Shown piece by piece: positions 37,501 to 51,300 of a DNA stretch of 64,000 nucleotides. The stretch spans positions 10,602,001 through 10,666,000 of the forward strand of contig JBHGNT010000021.1 of assembly GCA_043228905.1 (NCBI GenBank). Direction: 5' to 3'. The stretch's first letter is position 1. Each line of letters starts with the position of its first letter. A program made the translations under genes and the position numbers. The notes below the pieces were generated by a model, which did not search any database, had not been told where the DNA came from, and was given only the letters and a program-made list of their open reading frames with translations. The DNA comes from Azolla caroliniana. Its lineage: Eukaryota; Plantae; Polypodiophyta.

Positions 37501-40500
37501 TTCGTTCTCCTTTTCATCCTTTGTACATCTCTCGAACTCGTCGTTGCTCTCCTTCTCGCGTACCCGCCTCTATCTTCCATCTCTCTCGGTCTTATGTTGC
37601 CCCATTGTCCTAACAACCGGAGTCTCCAGATAGGATGTGGCGTAACCGATTTCACAGCGTCTTTCGGCGACTCGTCCGGGCCACCTCCCCTTTTTGTGGT
37701 GTCGGTGGATAGCATCCGCTCTGTGATCAATCAAGCCCGCCTGAGCTTGATTCTCCAATGTCCGGAGTTTCGGCTCCGATGCCGATCTTGCCAGACTCTT
37801 TCCGAACCTTTGATCACCCTCCTTCCAACTCTCTACCTTCGCCAGGTCGGTCTTTCTCCCCATGTAAAAGAGGGCGGCTCGTCCCGCACCCTCTCCCGTA
37901 TCGGCACCTTTATGCCGAATCCGGCCCCGATCGAATAATCCACGACCGGATTATGCTCCACCCGTATCAGAGCGTCGCGTGGTTCGGTCCCCGGTCGGGT
38001 CGTTCCTTGGTCTCCTCGTCGACCCTTTCGTTGGCCATCTCCCATCCATCTTCGCTAGCATCGTGCCAGGACTCCTCGGTACCGCCATCCATCTCCTCGG
38101 TCTTACATGGGCATACGGGCCCGAATGCCGAGTTCTCCGGAATCGGGTACGAGGGCTTTCGTCAGCTGCTTCCCCGTATCGTCTCGCCGGTGATTCTCGG
38201 TCTCTCGCCGCCGCCTTCCTCCTCTTGGGACTCACGTGGGCACTCGGGCCCGACTGCCATCGTCTCGGGAGAAAGTGTGGGAAGACCCGAGGAATAGCCC
38301 GTCCGTTTTATGCTCTTGTCCGTAGTCACCGGCTCTTCGTGGTCGTCGGTCGACTCTTTACCGATCGTGCAAGCCCCGCTTGGGCTTGCTTCTCCATTGT
38401 CCGGGGTCTCGGGCTGACACGCCCAAAACCGCTGGTCCCAACGTTCCGATTCCGCGATCGGTATCTCGGCCTCATCCTTGACCGTTCTATCTCTGCAAGT
38501 CGAGAGGGCGTTTTGTTCCGCACCCTCTCCCATGGTACCGTTGTACCGATCTTTCGCAGCCGCGTGGGGCAAGTCCGTCTCCTCAGTCTCGGCGCGCGGC
38601 CTCGGTCTTTCCTCTTCTTCAAGCATCGCCTCGAGAGCTGCGTACGCCTCCACAATCCGGGCCTCAACGCCGACCCTTGCCAACTCCCTTTTCCGTTCGG
38701 CCTCTTCCTGTTGTGATGGCACGCCGTTGCGCGCCTTCCTCTTAGCCTTCTCGGCTCACTCATCGTCTAGCTGTTGGCACACCCTTCCGACCTTCGACCA
38801 GTCCTCCGTAAGCCCATTCGCTCCGTCGTCGTCTTCGAGCTCAATCCCGATGACCTCCCGTTCCGCTCGGTCGATCGACCCGACGAACAATAGGACCTTG
38901 TCCGCCCCCACCAAACCTTGTTCCCGCTCCAGGAACCGAGCAAGCCGTCGCTCGAACTCTCAGAACGCCTTGGTCGCGCCCCGGTGGGTCTTTGCCGATG
39001 CTACCCACTGGTCGAAGTCGTGTCGTCCACGACTCTTCCGCCGTCCTCCGTATGCCTTCAGGAGCGCCTCTTCGAAGGCCTCCCACGAACTATGAGCCTC
39101 ACAGGGCTCCTTTACTTCCGCATGCATCCGGACAGCTACGACCCGACAGAAGAACTCCAGCCTCAACGACTCATCTACGCCACGCTCCTCCATTTCCGCG
39201 TTGTAGGCTTCCATGTAAGATGGGACTTTGTCCCCGTTGAAACGGTCGACTCTTTCGACCACTCGCTGAACCGCTTGTTGTGCTGCTTCTCCCCTCATCA
39301 CCACTCATGCCGACTCCAACACCACTTCGGCCACCATCTCCGCGAGGTCGTCGTCTTCCGACTCCATCCTCCCTTGCCGCCTTTCACGTCGGGTTCACCA
39401 AATATGTCGCATTGCTACGCGCGTGCGTGGCGAAAGGCGGGACCACGGGGGTCTTGGACTAGGGAGTGACGGAGCGTAGGACGTCGTACTTCACCATTTC
39501 CGGGGCATCCCAAAAGCACACCAGAAGCAACCGAAGGGAGAGAGAGAAAGAGAGGGAGCGCGCGCTTAACACCGACTCACGCACACATAGGCTGACACGA
39601 CTCACGCCCTTATGCACAGGAAACGCAGGAAAGGGGAACACCAAAAACACCTGCACAAACACCGGACCCCAACAGAGACATGAATATGCACAGACAAACA
39701 CAAATGTATATATATGAATGGAAGAATACATTCCCGGCTTCGTGTCGGACCAAGGTAGGTTACAACAGTCGTCTGTTGTCAAGCCGCCGTCGGGGAGCTC
39801 TCGGTTCGTCGCGCCGAGCGGGGTCTTGCACAGGAGACCAAGCCGAAGCAAACCCTAAGCAAAACACGAAGGGGGGGGGGGGGGGGGGAGAAGAAGAAGA
39901 GGAAGAAGAGTAACTAACCGTAAATCTAACGGTATACCCTCTAACGCAAAATGGGCAACCCTTTCACAAAGGGCGCTCCCTTCCTTTTATAGAACAAGGA
40001 GAGGGATGCGTTACAATGTGGGATAAATCCCGATTTACATGGGATTCTTCGTCCCGACTTGACTCTTATTATTCACACAAATACATGAGGGTGAGTGCAC
40101 ATGGTGCACCCTGCCGATGTAGCCAATATTTCCCCGGTTTCCACCTCTGGACGAAATTCTTCACGACAACGTGTGAAAGTGAGTAGTGACTCTCGATGTT
40201 CAAGAACTTTACCAATGAATGTTGCAATAGAGAGTGCACATTGTGGTTGTGAGAGGAATTCATGCAAAGATTGGGCTCGATCGAAGAGATGTGGAAAGCA
40301 TGGTCGAATATGATCAAAAGCAAAGCATTGTATCAAAGTGTGATACTCAGACTCGCGAACTTGTTTAGGGCAAAGTCTGCATAGCCGACCACTCTCATCA
40401 CTTGTGCCCCAACGCCCTGTTTCACATCGCAATGCATGTGAGCTAAGTCGCATGGAAGCAATGGTTCGAATGGCAGATAATGGTATGGGCTCTAACATGT

Positions 40501-43500
40501 ATGGATGTGTACGATTTCCCCGTTCCGCAAAGAATATGGTTTTGTAGTTAGGTGCAACATGTGTAGTATAATGTGTGAAGCGTGAGCCTCCACATTTGTC
40601 CCATGTCATGATACATTGGCATTGCAAAAATGCCTCATTTACAAAGGAATCTAATGATGCATCATGAAGCAAGTGTTTCGCATCCCATCTACCAAACCAT
40701 TTTTCTATATCTTGCATCCAACCAGAACACAATTTTGCTTTTATGCGTCTTTTGGATCTTTTTGCTTGCTTCCCATGCAATTCTAGGAAGTCGATGTGAG
40801 GGACTTTTTTGAACCTTAAGCATGTATTCAACAACCCTTTCCATGGCCATGATCTCAATGGGAAACGATCCCGTCTCAAGGAGGAGAAGGGTGTACGACG
40901 TTTGTTTCTTAACTTGTAGAAACTTGGTAAGAAAATGCTTTTTGACATTTTCAAACTCTTTCCACATAGATTTAGGGATGCTACCGCCCCATACTTCCAC
41001 CCCATAGAGAAGAACCGGTGTCATCAAAGTGTTGAAAAGATATTTCTTGAGGACCCAACACTTAATATCTCCAAGGTTGCATGTGTTCTCAAATGCATAG
41101 TATGCTCGCTTGCCCGCCTCTAAGCGACGTGTAGCACATTCATTCCATCTATGATTCGAAGGAACTTCAAGGCCAAGATATTTGAAGCTTTCCACACATT
41201 CAAGTGGCTCATTGTTGTACATTATGCATGGTTTATCTCTTTTTTGGCTCTTCACAAGCATAATATTTGTTTTAGAGCTATTGACACTAAATTTAGTATG
41301 CATGCAATTTTTTCCCAATGCCTTCATAAGCTTTTATGCATCTCCTAAAGTATTTGCGAAAAGCACTACATTATCTGCATATAGCAAAAGCATAATCACA
41401 ACATTCCCAATGGCAACTTCTTCAACACATTCTTCATTTGCAAACTTGGTAACCATTTCTTCCAATTCATCAATGCATAGAACAAATAGTGTTGGTGAGA
41501 GTGGGCATCCTTGCTTAACACCAATAGTGCTTTTGAAAATATCTGAAAGTTTATCTGTCATGCGCACACAACATATAACCTTCTCATAAATTCGGGAAAT
41601 TGCAAGCATATATTCACTTGGCACCTCAAGTTCTTCCATTTGCCTCCAAAGATACTCACGAGGTACCATATCAAAAGCTTTCCTGAAGTCTACAAAGCAA
41701 CAATATAAACCTTTACCTCTAAGGCGACTTTCCTCCATTAATACTCGAAGGGTGATAAGGTGATCAATGGTGCTATGGTGTTTCCAAAAGCCAGCTTGTC
41801 CATAAGCTCTCTTACCACTTTTTTCAGCCCATACACTTATCTTTGATTCCATTATACATCCAAATAGTTTTGCCATTAATGAGCCAACCATGATGGTTCA
41901 ATAGTTGTTTACATTATTTATATCTCCACCTTTATGTAAAGGTTTGATCCAATTTGTAGTCCAATCGTACGACATACCATGTTGCAATGAATCATTAAAC
42001 ATATCGCTTATCCATATATGTGCTTCCTTTCCCGTCCATTTGAGCATTTCAGCCTCTATACATTGAAGATCACTTGCCTTTCGAGAGGCCAATTTCTTAA
42101 GTCCTATGCATATATCTTCAATTGTAAAGAAAGGAGGCATATGTGAAAGAGAACCATAACACATCATCTTTCCGGCAAGAGATAACTCATAACTCATAGA
42201 CAAGTCGTGAAGAGTTAAGTCACCATAACTCTCAACACGTTTCCCCTTTAGATTTCCCCAAAATTTAGCACATGCATGTGCTTTCTCTTGCATTTGGATA
42301 AATTGTTGAGTAACTTCCCATATTCTTCTCTTTCTTTGAATACGCCTTTTATACTCATGCAAATGCTTTTGGTAATTCTCTTTATCCTTAACTACATCCA
42401 AAACCATAAGGCACTTTCGAGCTTCACGACATTCTTTATCAAACCATTTTTTCCTATGTTTCTTGGTGCATTTCCAAGATGTGCGGTTGGTCAAAAAACA
42501 TTGTTTGTACATGAGAGAATGACTTTCTTGAACGCTTCCCATTTGCATTCTAGTGTGGCACCATGTTGTATCTATGTCATTTGTAACATATCCTCAACCA
42601 TTTTGGAATACATGGGTGCTCGCTTAAGGTTCATGCTCAAGTGTGGTTGTTTATTATCTTTAATAGCCTTCTCACAATCAAACCTATGCATACATTTGAG
42701 ATCAATACATAAAGGCCTATGATCGGATTCCGGTGTCCATTCACCAAGTGAGAATTTATGTATACGAGCCAAAATACCTTCGGAAAGTAGCACATAGTCA
42801 ATCACACTATTTCCGTTGTGTTTTCTACATGTAAAACCATTGGTGTTGGGCCATTAGGAAATACCATTTGCAATAAGCAATCCAGTACTATTGCACATTT
42901 GTAGGAGTAACTTCCCAAATTGGTTCGGATCTTTTTCATCGCTAGAAGAGCGGTTATACATTTGCATATCCTCTTGCATCCTTGAGATATGTGGCATGAA
43001 AGATTCTTGTGAATCAAGTTGGAAACTTCTTGTAAGAGCATTCATGTCACCAAAGACAATAACTTCCCCTTTGGATTTGAAATAAGCAATATCATCTTCT
43101 AGATTGGCAAACGGTTGATCTTTATCCAAACAAGCATAAAAGTTAGAATCTTGATGAGGAATGTAACATCCAACTACAAAAGTGGGCAAATCATTAGGTG
43201 TTTCTATTTTGAGCCATATGTAGCATTTATTTTCATCATTTTTTATGATTGACACATATTTCTCTATTTCCTTCTTAATCAAACATGCCACCCCTCCTTG
43301 TCGTCTTCTTTGTCTTGGATTTTTCTTCCATATCAAAGAGTGTACATTATAGTTTCCTAAACCTTGAATCCTTTTAGTATCATGCTCCCATGTTTCAACA
43401 AGAAGTGTGATATCCGAGTCATCGACGAACTCCTCTATGCCAAATCCCGCATTCCATGGGTATCCATTGCAATTCCAAAAGCATAGTCGTAAAAGGCGTG

Positions 43501-44657
43501 GGTTAGTCTCATAGATCACGTGTCCCTATTTGCCTACATTTCCATCTTTAGGCACATCCTTAACCTTATTTTTCAATATTTCTTCATATGCTTTACGACG
43601 AGCATTTTGTTGTGAGATATTACGATCTTCACTCACAAAGCATTGTGTACCTTTGAGGTATACCCAACTATTTTCGAGTATGATCCGCCGCTTTGTATCA
43701 TCTGTCATTGTGCATACAATAGGCCTTTCTCCGGAGCGAGTAACACCATGTTTCCCAACTCGGTGTGCCCCATATACATTCACATCTGACATCCCATAAT
43801 GCATGCTAAAAAATTCACCAATGGCCTTTCCAAGGGATGCGGGTGTTTCCATACCCTCTTCTTTAATCCCACGACAACAATGTTCTTTGATTTTCGTTCA
43901 CGTTCTTTCAATTCTCAGACATCTATGCTTTCTATATTCTTCTCTTGATGCATCACATGCATATTAGAGGAGTTTGATAGAACATCCCCACCACATACAT
44001 CGGCCCATGATTTCGTTGTACATACATTTTTCATCTCACTTACATCCCGCCTCATCGTGTCCAATTTTTCTTCTTTTAATGCTTCCTTTAACTCAATCTT
44101 GTTAAGGCGCTCATTTGTTTCAAAAGAAGCTCTTTTACATTCTTGAATCTCTTCTTGAAGTTTTGCAACCACTTGTTTCAGACTTTCATTCTCAATGACA
44201 ACACTTTGGATCTTAGTATTCTCTTTCATTAACGTCCTAATCTCTTCACCTTGCTTGTTTATGGTTTCTTGAAGAGAAATCAAGTGACTCACAAGCATTT
44301 TGTCCATTGCATTAGAATCAAGATTTGTTGGTGATCTTGGCTCATTATCAATCATACCCCCGATTTTTGCGGCGGTTTTATGAGTATTTGCCATTGTATG
44401 GACAAACCCTACGGGAAGAGAGAGACTGAGAGGGAAGGAGAGAGAATGTACCCTTCACTCGATTTAGGGCTTCAAAATCTACCTTCCGTTTGAGGAACCG
44501 TAGGGCAAAGATGGATGCAGATGAAAATGCTCATAACTTCTCGCCACGGTAACAGAATTCAGTAAATGAACATTCTTTCGAAAGCTCTCTCAAAGAGCTT
44601 TCCAACGAGCTATAGAACGTAGAAAACGATGGCTGGAATAAACTTACAGAGAGATTT

Positions 44658-44660
<3 letters not shown>
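34517..44660 (-). mobile_element. Non-LTR retrotransposon G (LINE, RTEX-like): ORF1 + ORF2 (APE-RT-Cys-rich), decayed
   Basis: ORF1 44394-43526 has a coiled coil plus AHRVGK..RPIV..VSED. ORF2 has APE (WNCNG, ETW, GDMNA, IDYVL, SDH), RT (GVKQGCPLSP, YADN) and the C-terminus RLSSHALRCETGRW..CRLC..ESEYH..C. The frame continues across insert F to the stop at 34598-34600. 3' (TATC)n tail at ~34517-34541. Confidence 0.9.
34610..40168 (-). mobile_element. Pol-less Gypsy-derived LTR element F (gag remnant + GC-rich repetitive interior)
   Basis: Near-identical LTRs 34610-35359 and 39405-40168, 4-bp TSD ACGT. tRNA-Trp PBS reverse complement at 39384-39400, PPT next to 35360. Gag 38960-39367 (RFNGDKVPSYMEAY..WEAFEEALLKAY) is homologous to the E gag. 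No RT, RH or INT motifs found. Confidence 0.93.

Positions 44661-44734
<74 letters not shown>
44660..44734. repeat. (GA)n microsatellite at the LINE 5' junction
   Basis: About 37 GA units. A shorter GA-rich run flanks the LINE 3' end at ~34497-34520. Confidence 0.95.
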
Positions 44735-44739
<5 letters not shown>

Positions 44740-47700
44740 ATGATATATCCTGTGAAGAGTAAGTACAAAATAGCTATGAGGCTTAAGACTGGTGTTGAAC
44801 CAATTTGGTTCGAAATAATGCCATGTACCTCTTTTTATAGTGTTATTAGGAATAGTCCTTAAGCTTCTAGAATGTTCCAAAGAAATTTGGAATATACAAT
44901 AATTTTCTATAGTAAAATTTAAATGAAAATAATATCCTACGTATTACAATAGATAATGTAATGGTCAAGAGCTTGACCTATATAACATAAGGTTCTCGGT
45001 TCGAGTCTTGCCATATCATGACAATTAGCATGGGGAAGTTGTCTCCGTAATCAAGAGAACGCGTGAAAGAGGAAGAGTGTGAGTAAGTGCAACTCTATTG
45101 CCGTCTTCTGACGAAGAAGAACTCTATATGTTTTCGGAGCAAGCGGACTCCACGTTGTTTTTTCCCAGTTCGGGTTTTCCACGGTAAAATATGTGTGTTC
45201 TCTATGTTTGCTATTCTTTTCTTCGGTTTTCTGTCAAAGTGTTATTTCTTCCACACGAATATACGAACGGTAACCGGTTGTGGCCGGTCACGAGCGTGAC
45301 AAGTGGTATCAAAGTGATGGAAGACTCGTTCGGTGGCATGTTTAAGCTAACCCGCTCCAACTACTCAGTGTGGAAGTCGAATATGACAGACATGCTCGTG
45401 TGCAAAGACTCTGGATGTCAGTGCAATTCGCAGATAAAACACCAGACAAGATCGATGCATCGACTTGGCAAATACTACATCTGAAGGCGGCTGCATATAT
45501 AAGGTGTTTTATAGACATGAGTTTATATAACAACTTCGGCGAAGAAACATAAGCATATGTCCTGTTCAGTGTCATGTTCGAAAACAAGAACGTGGTGAAT
45601 CGAGTCTCAGTATTTCGAAAACTCGTGAGGCTATGGTATTAGGATGGCTCCAGTATGGCGGAGCACATCAATGCCTTCCAAGTATTGATGAATCAAACCA
45701 CATCTCTAGAAGTACCTTTGGCCGATGAGGTATTAGCATTGTTGTTGTTGGGATCCCTTCTATGTTGGGAATTTGGTCCCTACGGATGGGATCCGAAGGG
45801 GCCGGATTGGACGACCCGGATGAAGAAACCGGATCCAGAAGGGTTCCGGATGAGACCCGGAAATCGGATCGAGTGAATCCGGATGGATCCAGCGCAAACC
45901 AGATCCAAGGACATATTTGTAAATATGTTAAGAGTATGCCCATTGAGGCTATATTTGTAAATGGCCCTGAAGTCATATGAGTATAAATATGACTTAGGGC
46001 AACCATATAGAGATGTGGCGAGATTTGTTGTAGAGAGAGAGTGAGATAGTAGCTACAAGCACTTTCTGTTGTAACCACCGTCTAGCGAAGATCGCGAGCA
46101 TGAGGTCATTGCCTCTATGTTTCCACTTTGTATTTCCTCTCATATAGTGATAGTTTAGAGTTTGTGGGCTCCCGTGGTTTTTCCCGATTAGGGTTTTCCA
46201 CGCAGACATCCTATGTTCTCTATCGTTGTTTTGTGTACATGCATTCATCATACCTATTTCCCATTTTTGTGTTTGGTTCTTCATAGAGTGATTTGGACTC
46301 AGTTGTGGCCGAGCAATACTTCCGCGCTAATTACTTCACAAACTGGTATCAGAGCAAACAACACAGGAAATGGAAGAGTCGTTCGGCGGCATATTCAAGC
46401 TCACAGGCTCCAGCTACTCACTGTGGAAGTCAAAGATGAGGGACATGCTAGTGGTTAAAGATCTTTGGTTGCCGGTATAGTTTGGGGACAAGAAACTGGA
46501 TAAGATCGATGCCACGACATGGGAGGTGATGCACATGAAGACGATGACGTACATCCGGTGCTTCATCGACATGAGCCTATACAACAACTTCAATGAAGAA
46601 TGTAAGGCTCATGAACTCTGGGAGAAGATCGGAATCATGTTTTAGAACAAAATTGCCGTAAATCGGGTTTCGGTATTCCGGAAGTTAGTGAGGCTCTAGT
46701 ACCAAGATGGCTCCAGTATGGCGAAGCACATGAATGCATTCCAGGGGCTAATACACCAAGCAATCTTGTTGGGAGTACCTCTCGCAGATGAGGTACTCAC
46801 ATAGCTCCTGCTCGGTTCCCTCTTGGATAGTTGGGAGACGTTAGTTATCACATTGGGCAATGCCGGGCCGGAAGGAAAGCAGTTGTCCCTAGCAAGGGTA
46901 AAATCAAGCTTGCTAGACGAAGAAGCTCGCCGGAAGGACCGGGAGTCCAGAACCGATTCGAGGGTCTTGGTCACGGAAGATGACTACAACCAGGTATCGG
47001 AGTCCCCAAAACATGGACAAATCGGGGACGAGGTCGAAGTCAAGGGGGAGGCCTATTTGCTTCTACTGTGGGAACCTGGGCCACTTCCAAAAGAATTGTC
47101 AGCATTTTTGGAAAGAGAAAGGAACCGACAATGTCGATTCGAAGAAGGGTTCGAACCGAAACAGTTCAAACCAGAAAGGCTCAGATCGGAAAGGAACGTA
47201 GGCGATCACGACAAGTGAAGAAGAACTGATGCTCATTGCGAAGGAAAATGAGTTAAACCTTGTCGGCGACAAAACAACGTGGGTTGTCCATTCCGGAGCG
47301 TTGTTCCATTTGACACCGGACCGGAAATGTTTCTCATCCTACATAGCCGGAGATCACGGTTGTGTCCGGATGGGGAATGAAGATACATGCCGAATTGTCA
47401 GCATAGGAGATGTGTTGTTGACAACATCAACCGGATGCAAATTGCTGCTGAAACAAGTCTGACATGTTATAGAGGTTTGGTTGAACCTAATATCAGATGA
47501 TGATGAAAGCTACATGGGTAGCATCCGGAAGGGAGTCATGAAATTCAGCAAAGGAAGCCTAATCGTGACTCGAGCCCGAAAGATCAACACACTGTATCTT
47601 ATGCATGCCCGGATATGCTAGGAAGAAGTGAATGTAGCATCTGACACTACCGGTGAGCTGTGGCACAAGAGACAGTGTCATATGAGCCAGAAGGGGATGG

Positions 47701-48364
47701 GCAGACTTGCCGAAGATAACCTCATTCTAGAGGTGTAAGACCTGCATGTTGAGAAGTGCATTGATTGCTTGGCCAGCAAGCAAAACCGAACCTCCTTCTG
47801 GTCAAGACCACCGATGAGACGGAATGCACCACTGGAGCTAGTGCATACCAATGTGTGTCAAGTGGACACGAAGTCACATGACGGATCGCAGTACTTTGTG
47901 GCGTTCATAGATGACCACAACCAGAAGTTATGGGTCTCACCATTGAAGACGAATGATCAGGTGTTGTCTCTCTTCAAGGAGCTCCACGCGATGGTGGAAA
48001 GAGAAACCGGTCGGAAGTTGAAGGCGGTTCGAGTAGATAATGGAGGAGAATACTCGGGCCAGTTTGAGGAGTACTGACAATCGAAGGGAATCCGGTTTGA
48101 ATTTACCATGCCGAAGACGCCAGAATTGAACGAGCTGGTTGAACGGATGAACCAGACCATAATGGAGAGAGTCTGAAGGATGCTAGCACATGCCAAGTTA
48201 CCCAAGAAGTTTTGGGCTAAGCTACTGATGACGACGACTTATGTGATAAACAAATCACCCTCATCACCCTTGGAAGGAGACTCACCATAGAAAGTATGGA
48301 CCGGTACAGGTGTATCTTACCGGCATCTGAAGGTGTTCGGCTCTCTCGCATATGTGCATGTCGC

Positions 48365-51300
48365 CGAGAACAGACCTTCAATATAGACAATGGATATACA
48401 ATATAGAGAGGATTACAACACTCTTGCGAGTGGGTCAACCGCACAGGGCTCTTCGCGTCTGTTGTTGCTCACACAGCTATGGCGCGGCTCATGCTTCTCT
48501 CTCTCACACTCTCAGCACACACTTACACAGTTCATTCACGTTCACCATCTTTTGTTCTCATCTAACATCTTAAAGTTTGCCCTAGTTGCATATATACTTA
48601 CACAACTTTTTGGCTATTTATAAACCTAGCCGTCATGGGGCGCACATTTAGACTATTTACAAACTTATAGTTTCCCGAGTTGGCTATATGCACGATTCCG
48701 GTTTCGGCCGAGTCCCTCATCAACTAGGCTCTCTCTCCCCATCCGGAGAGGCTTGTTTCCTAACATCATCATTATTATTACCATAATAATAATAATAGTC
48801 GAATTCTCAAACAGTCGACTCACTGTTTTTGACTCTTCGACTGTCGGCTTTCCGGACAATCGGCTCTTCCTTCTACTGGAGGGACATATTCCCAACAAAC
48901 TCCCCCTTCACTCCTGTGGGAGGAAATCTGTCAGTCCTGTATTTTGTTGATAGACTCTAAGTCTGTCCATAGGTAGGTTCTTCGTTAGCATGTCGGATCC
49001 ATTGTCGTTAGTATGGATCTTTACGAGAGAAAACTCTCCTTCTTCGACTCTTTCTCTCAACCAATGATACCTTCTTTGTATGTGCTTGGTCTCAGAGTGG
49101 TATGCCGCGTTCTTAGTTAGATTTATGGCACTTTGGCTATCACAATGAAGCAAGAACTCCTTTTGCTTCACGCCTCGTTCGGTGAGAAAACTTCTCATCC
49201 AGATCAGCTCTTTTCCGGCTTCTACCGCTGCCATATACTCTGTCTCTATAGTCGATAAAGCTACAAACTTCTGCAGTCATGACTGCCACGACATTGCTCC
49301 CCCTGCATAGTTCATCATGTAGCCTGACATGGATTGGCTCGAGTCGACATCTCCTGAGATGTCCGAATCGGTAAAACCTTCCAGCACAGGTTTTCCGACA
49401 CCATACCTTAGGTACACCTCCGAGGTGCCTTTTAGGTACTTATGTATCCACTTCACTATTGCCCAGTGCTCTCTGCCTAGATTACTCATATATCGTCTCA
49501 CTACTCCTACAACAAATGCTATGTCCAGTCTCGTACAAACCATAGCATACATTAGACTACCGATGGCCGAGGCATATGGTACCTTCCTCATCTCGGCCTT
49601 CTACTTCTCCCCTCTCGGGACTGCTTTGCATTTAACCTACAGTTTGTCTGTAACACTGAGCCGACTGGCTTTGCGTCCGACATGTTGAATCTCTCTAAGA
49701 TCTTCGTCACATACTTCTGTTGTGACAACCACAACACCTTTTGAGTCTTGTCTCAAACTATGTGCATTCCTAGGATTTGCTTTGCCGGTCCAAGGTCTTT
49801 CATGGCAAATGATTTGTTGAGAGCTTTCTTCAAGCTTCCAATCTTCCTTGTGTCTTGACCGACTATCAACATGTCATCAACATATAATAAGAGAATCAAG
49901 AAGTCTCCTTCTTCATACCTTTTTATGAACACACAATGATCAACCTGTGTTTTCTAGAACTGGTGTTCCATCATGAAGGACTCGAACTTCTTGTACCATT
50001 GGCGTGGTGCTTGTTTTAGTCCGTACAAGCTTTTCCTCAGTCGACACACCAGATTCTCTTTCCCTTTCTCCACAAAGCCTTCGGGTTGCTGCATGTAGAT
50101 TTCTTCTTCTAGTTCCCCGTGCAGAAATGCGGTTTTTACATCCAACTGTTTGATCTCCAGGTCCATACTAGCCACTATGCTCAGAATAGTTCGTATGGAT
50201 GTCATCTTCACGACTGGTGCAAATATTTCGTCAAAGTTGACGCCCTTCCTCTGCTGGAACCCTTTACCACTCACTATGCGGGCTTTGTACCTGGGCTCGT
50301 TGTCGACTTCTCCAGTTTTACCTTGTAGACCCATTTATTCCTGAGTGCTCTCTTAACTTTCGGCAACTCTACTAGGTCGTAGGTGTAATTTGTGTGCAAG
50401 GATTCTATCTCCTCTTGCATCGCGTTCAACCATTTTTCTCTGCTCTCGTCGGAAATGGATTCTTTATAGCACTCCAGTTCACCGTCATCAGTCAAGAGGG
50501 TGTATTGACTAGCATATGTAGTCGGTGTTTTCCTTTCTCTGAGTGGGTATCTTCTTCCACTCATTGTTGGCTCTCTTTCAGATGTCTCTACCAACTCTTC
50601 TCTCGGCTCAGGATTCTGCTCATCAATTGGCATCTCCAGGTTGGAAAATTCCAACTCATATTCCTCAATTGATTTCAGCAGATCTGCCGACTCTGACTCA
50701 TAGTCTGTCGTTCTTTCCAAGTCAACCGAGTCGGATTTGGCTTTGTCGGCCAACTGTCTCCTTACAACTATCGGTGACGACACATTTGGCCTTAAGTCGA
50801 TGGTAGTCGAGGTTGACTGGGGAGTCGGTTCCGACTTCTGTTGCTTCTAGTCTTGAATTGTCTTTTCTTCAAGAAAGACGACGTCCCGACTTCTCACTAC
50901 CTTCTTGTCGACTAAGTCCCACAACCTATAGCCGAATTCATCTTCCGGGTATCCCATGAATATGCATGCTTTCGACTTGTTGTCAAGCTTTGACCTCTAA
51001 TCCTTTGGTACATGCATATATGCCAAACATCCAAACACCCTCAGGTGTTGGTAGGAGACATCCTTCCCTGTCCACACCCTCTGTGGGACATCACCCTTTA
51101 ATGGCACTGAGGGAAACCTATTGATCAGGTAAATAGTTGTGTACATCGCCTCAACCCAATAGGATTTCGGCATTTGGGAGTAGACAAGTGCACTTGCCTA
51201 CTCACAAATGAACAAGAGTTATTCATTGCTCGTAGCAATGGCCGAAGTGTTTTTCTCATCAGCAATCATCCTGGGTTCGACATTGTTTCCGACACTCTTG

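Noticed and set aside
35360-38900. Many overlapping long ORFs on both strands as host genes
   Set aside because: GC-rich interior of LTR element F; the ORFs are expected from low stop frequency and show no recognisable domains.
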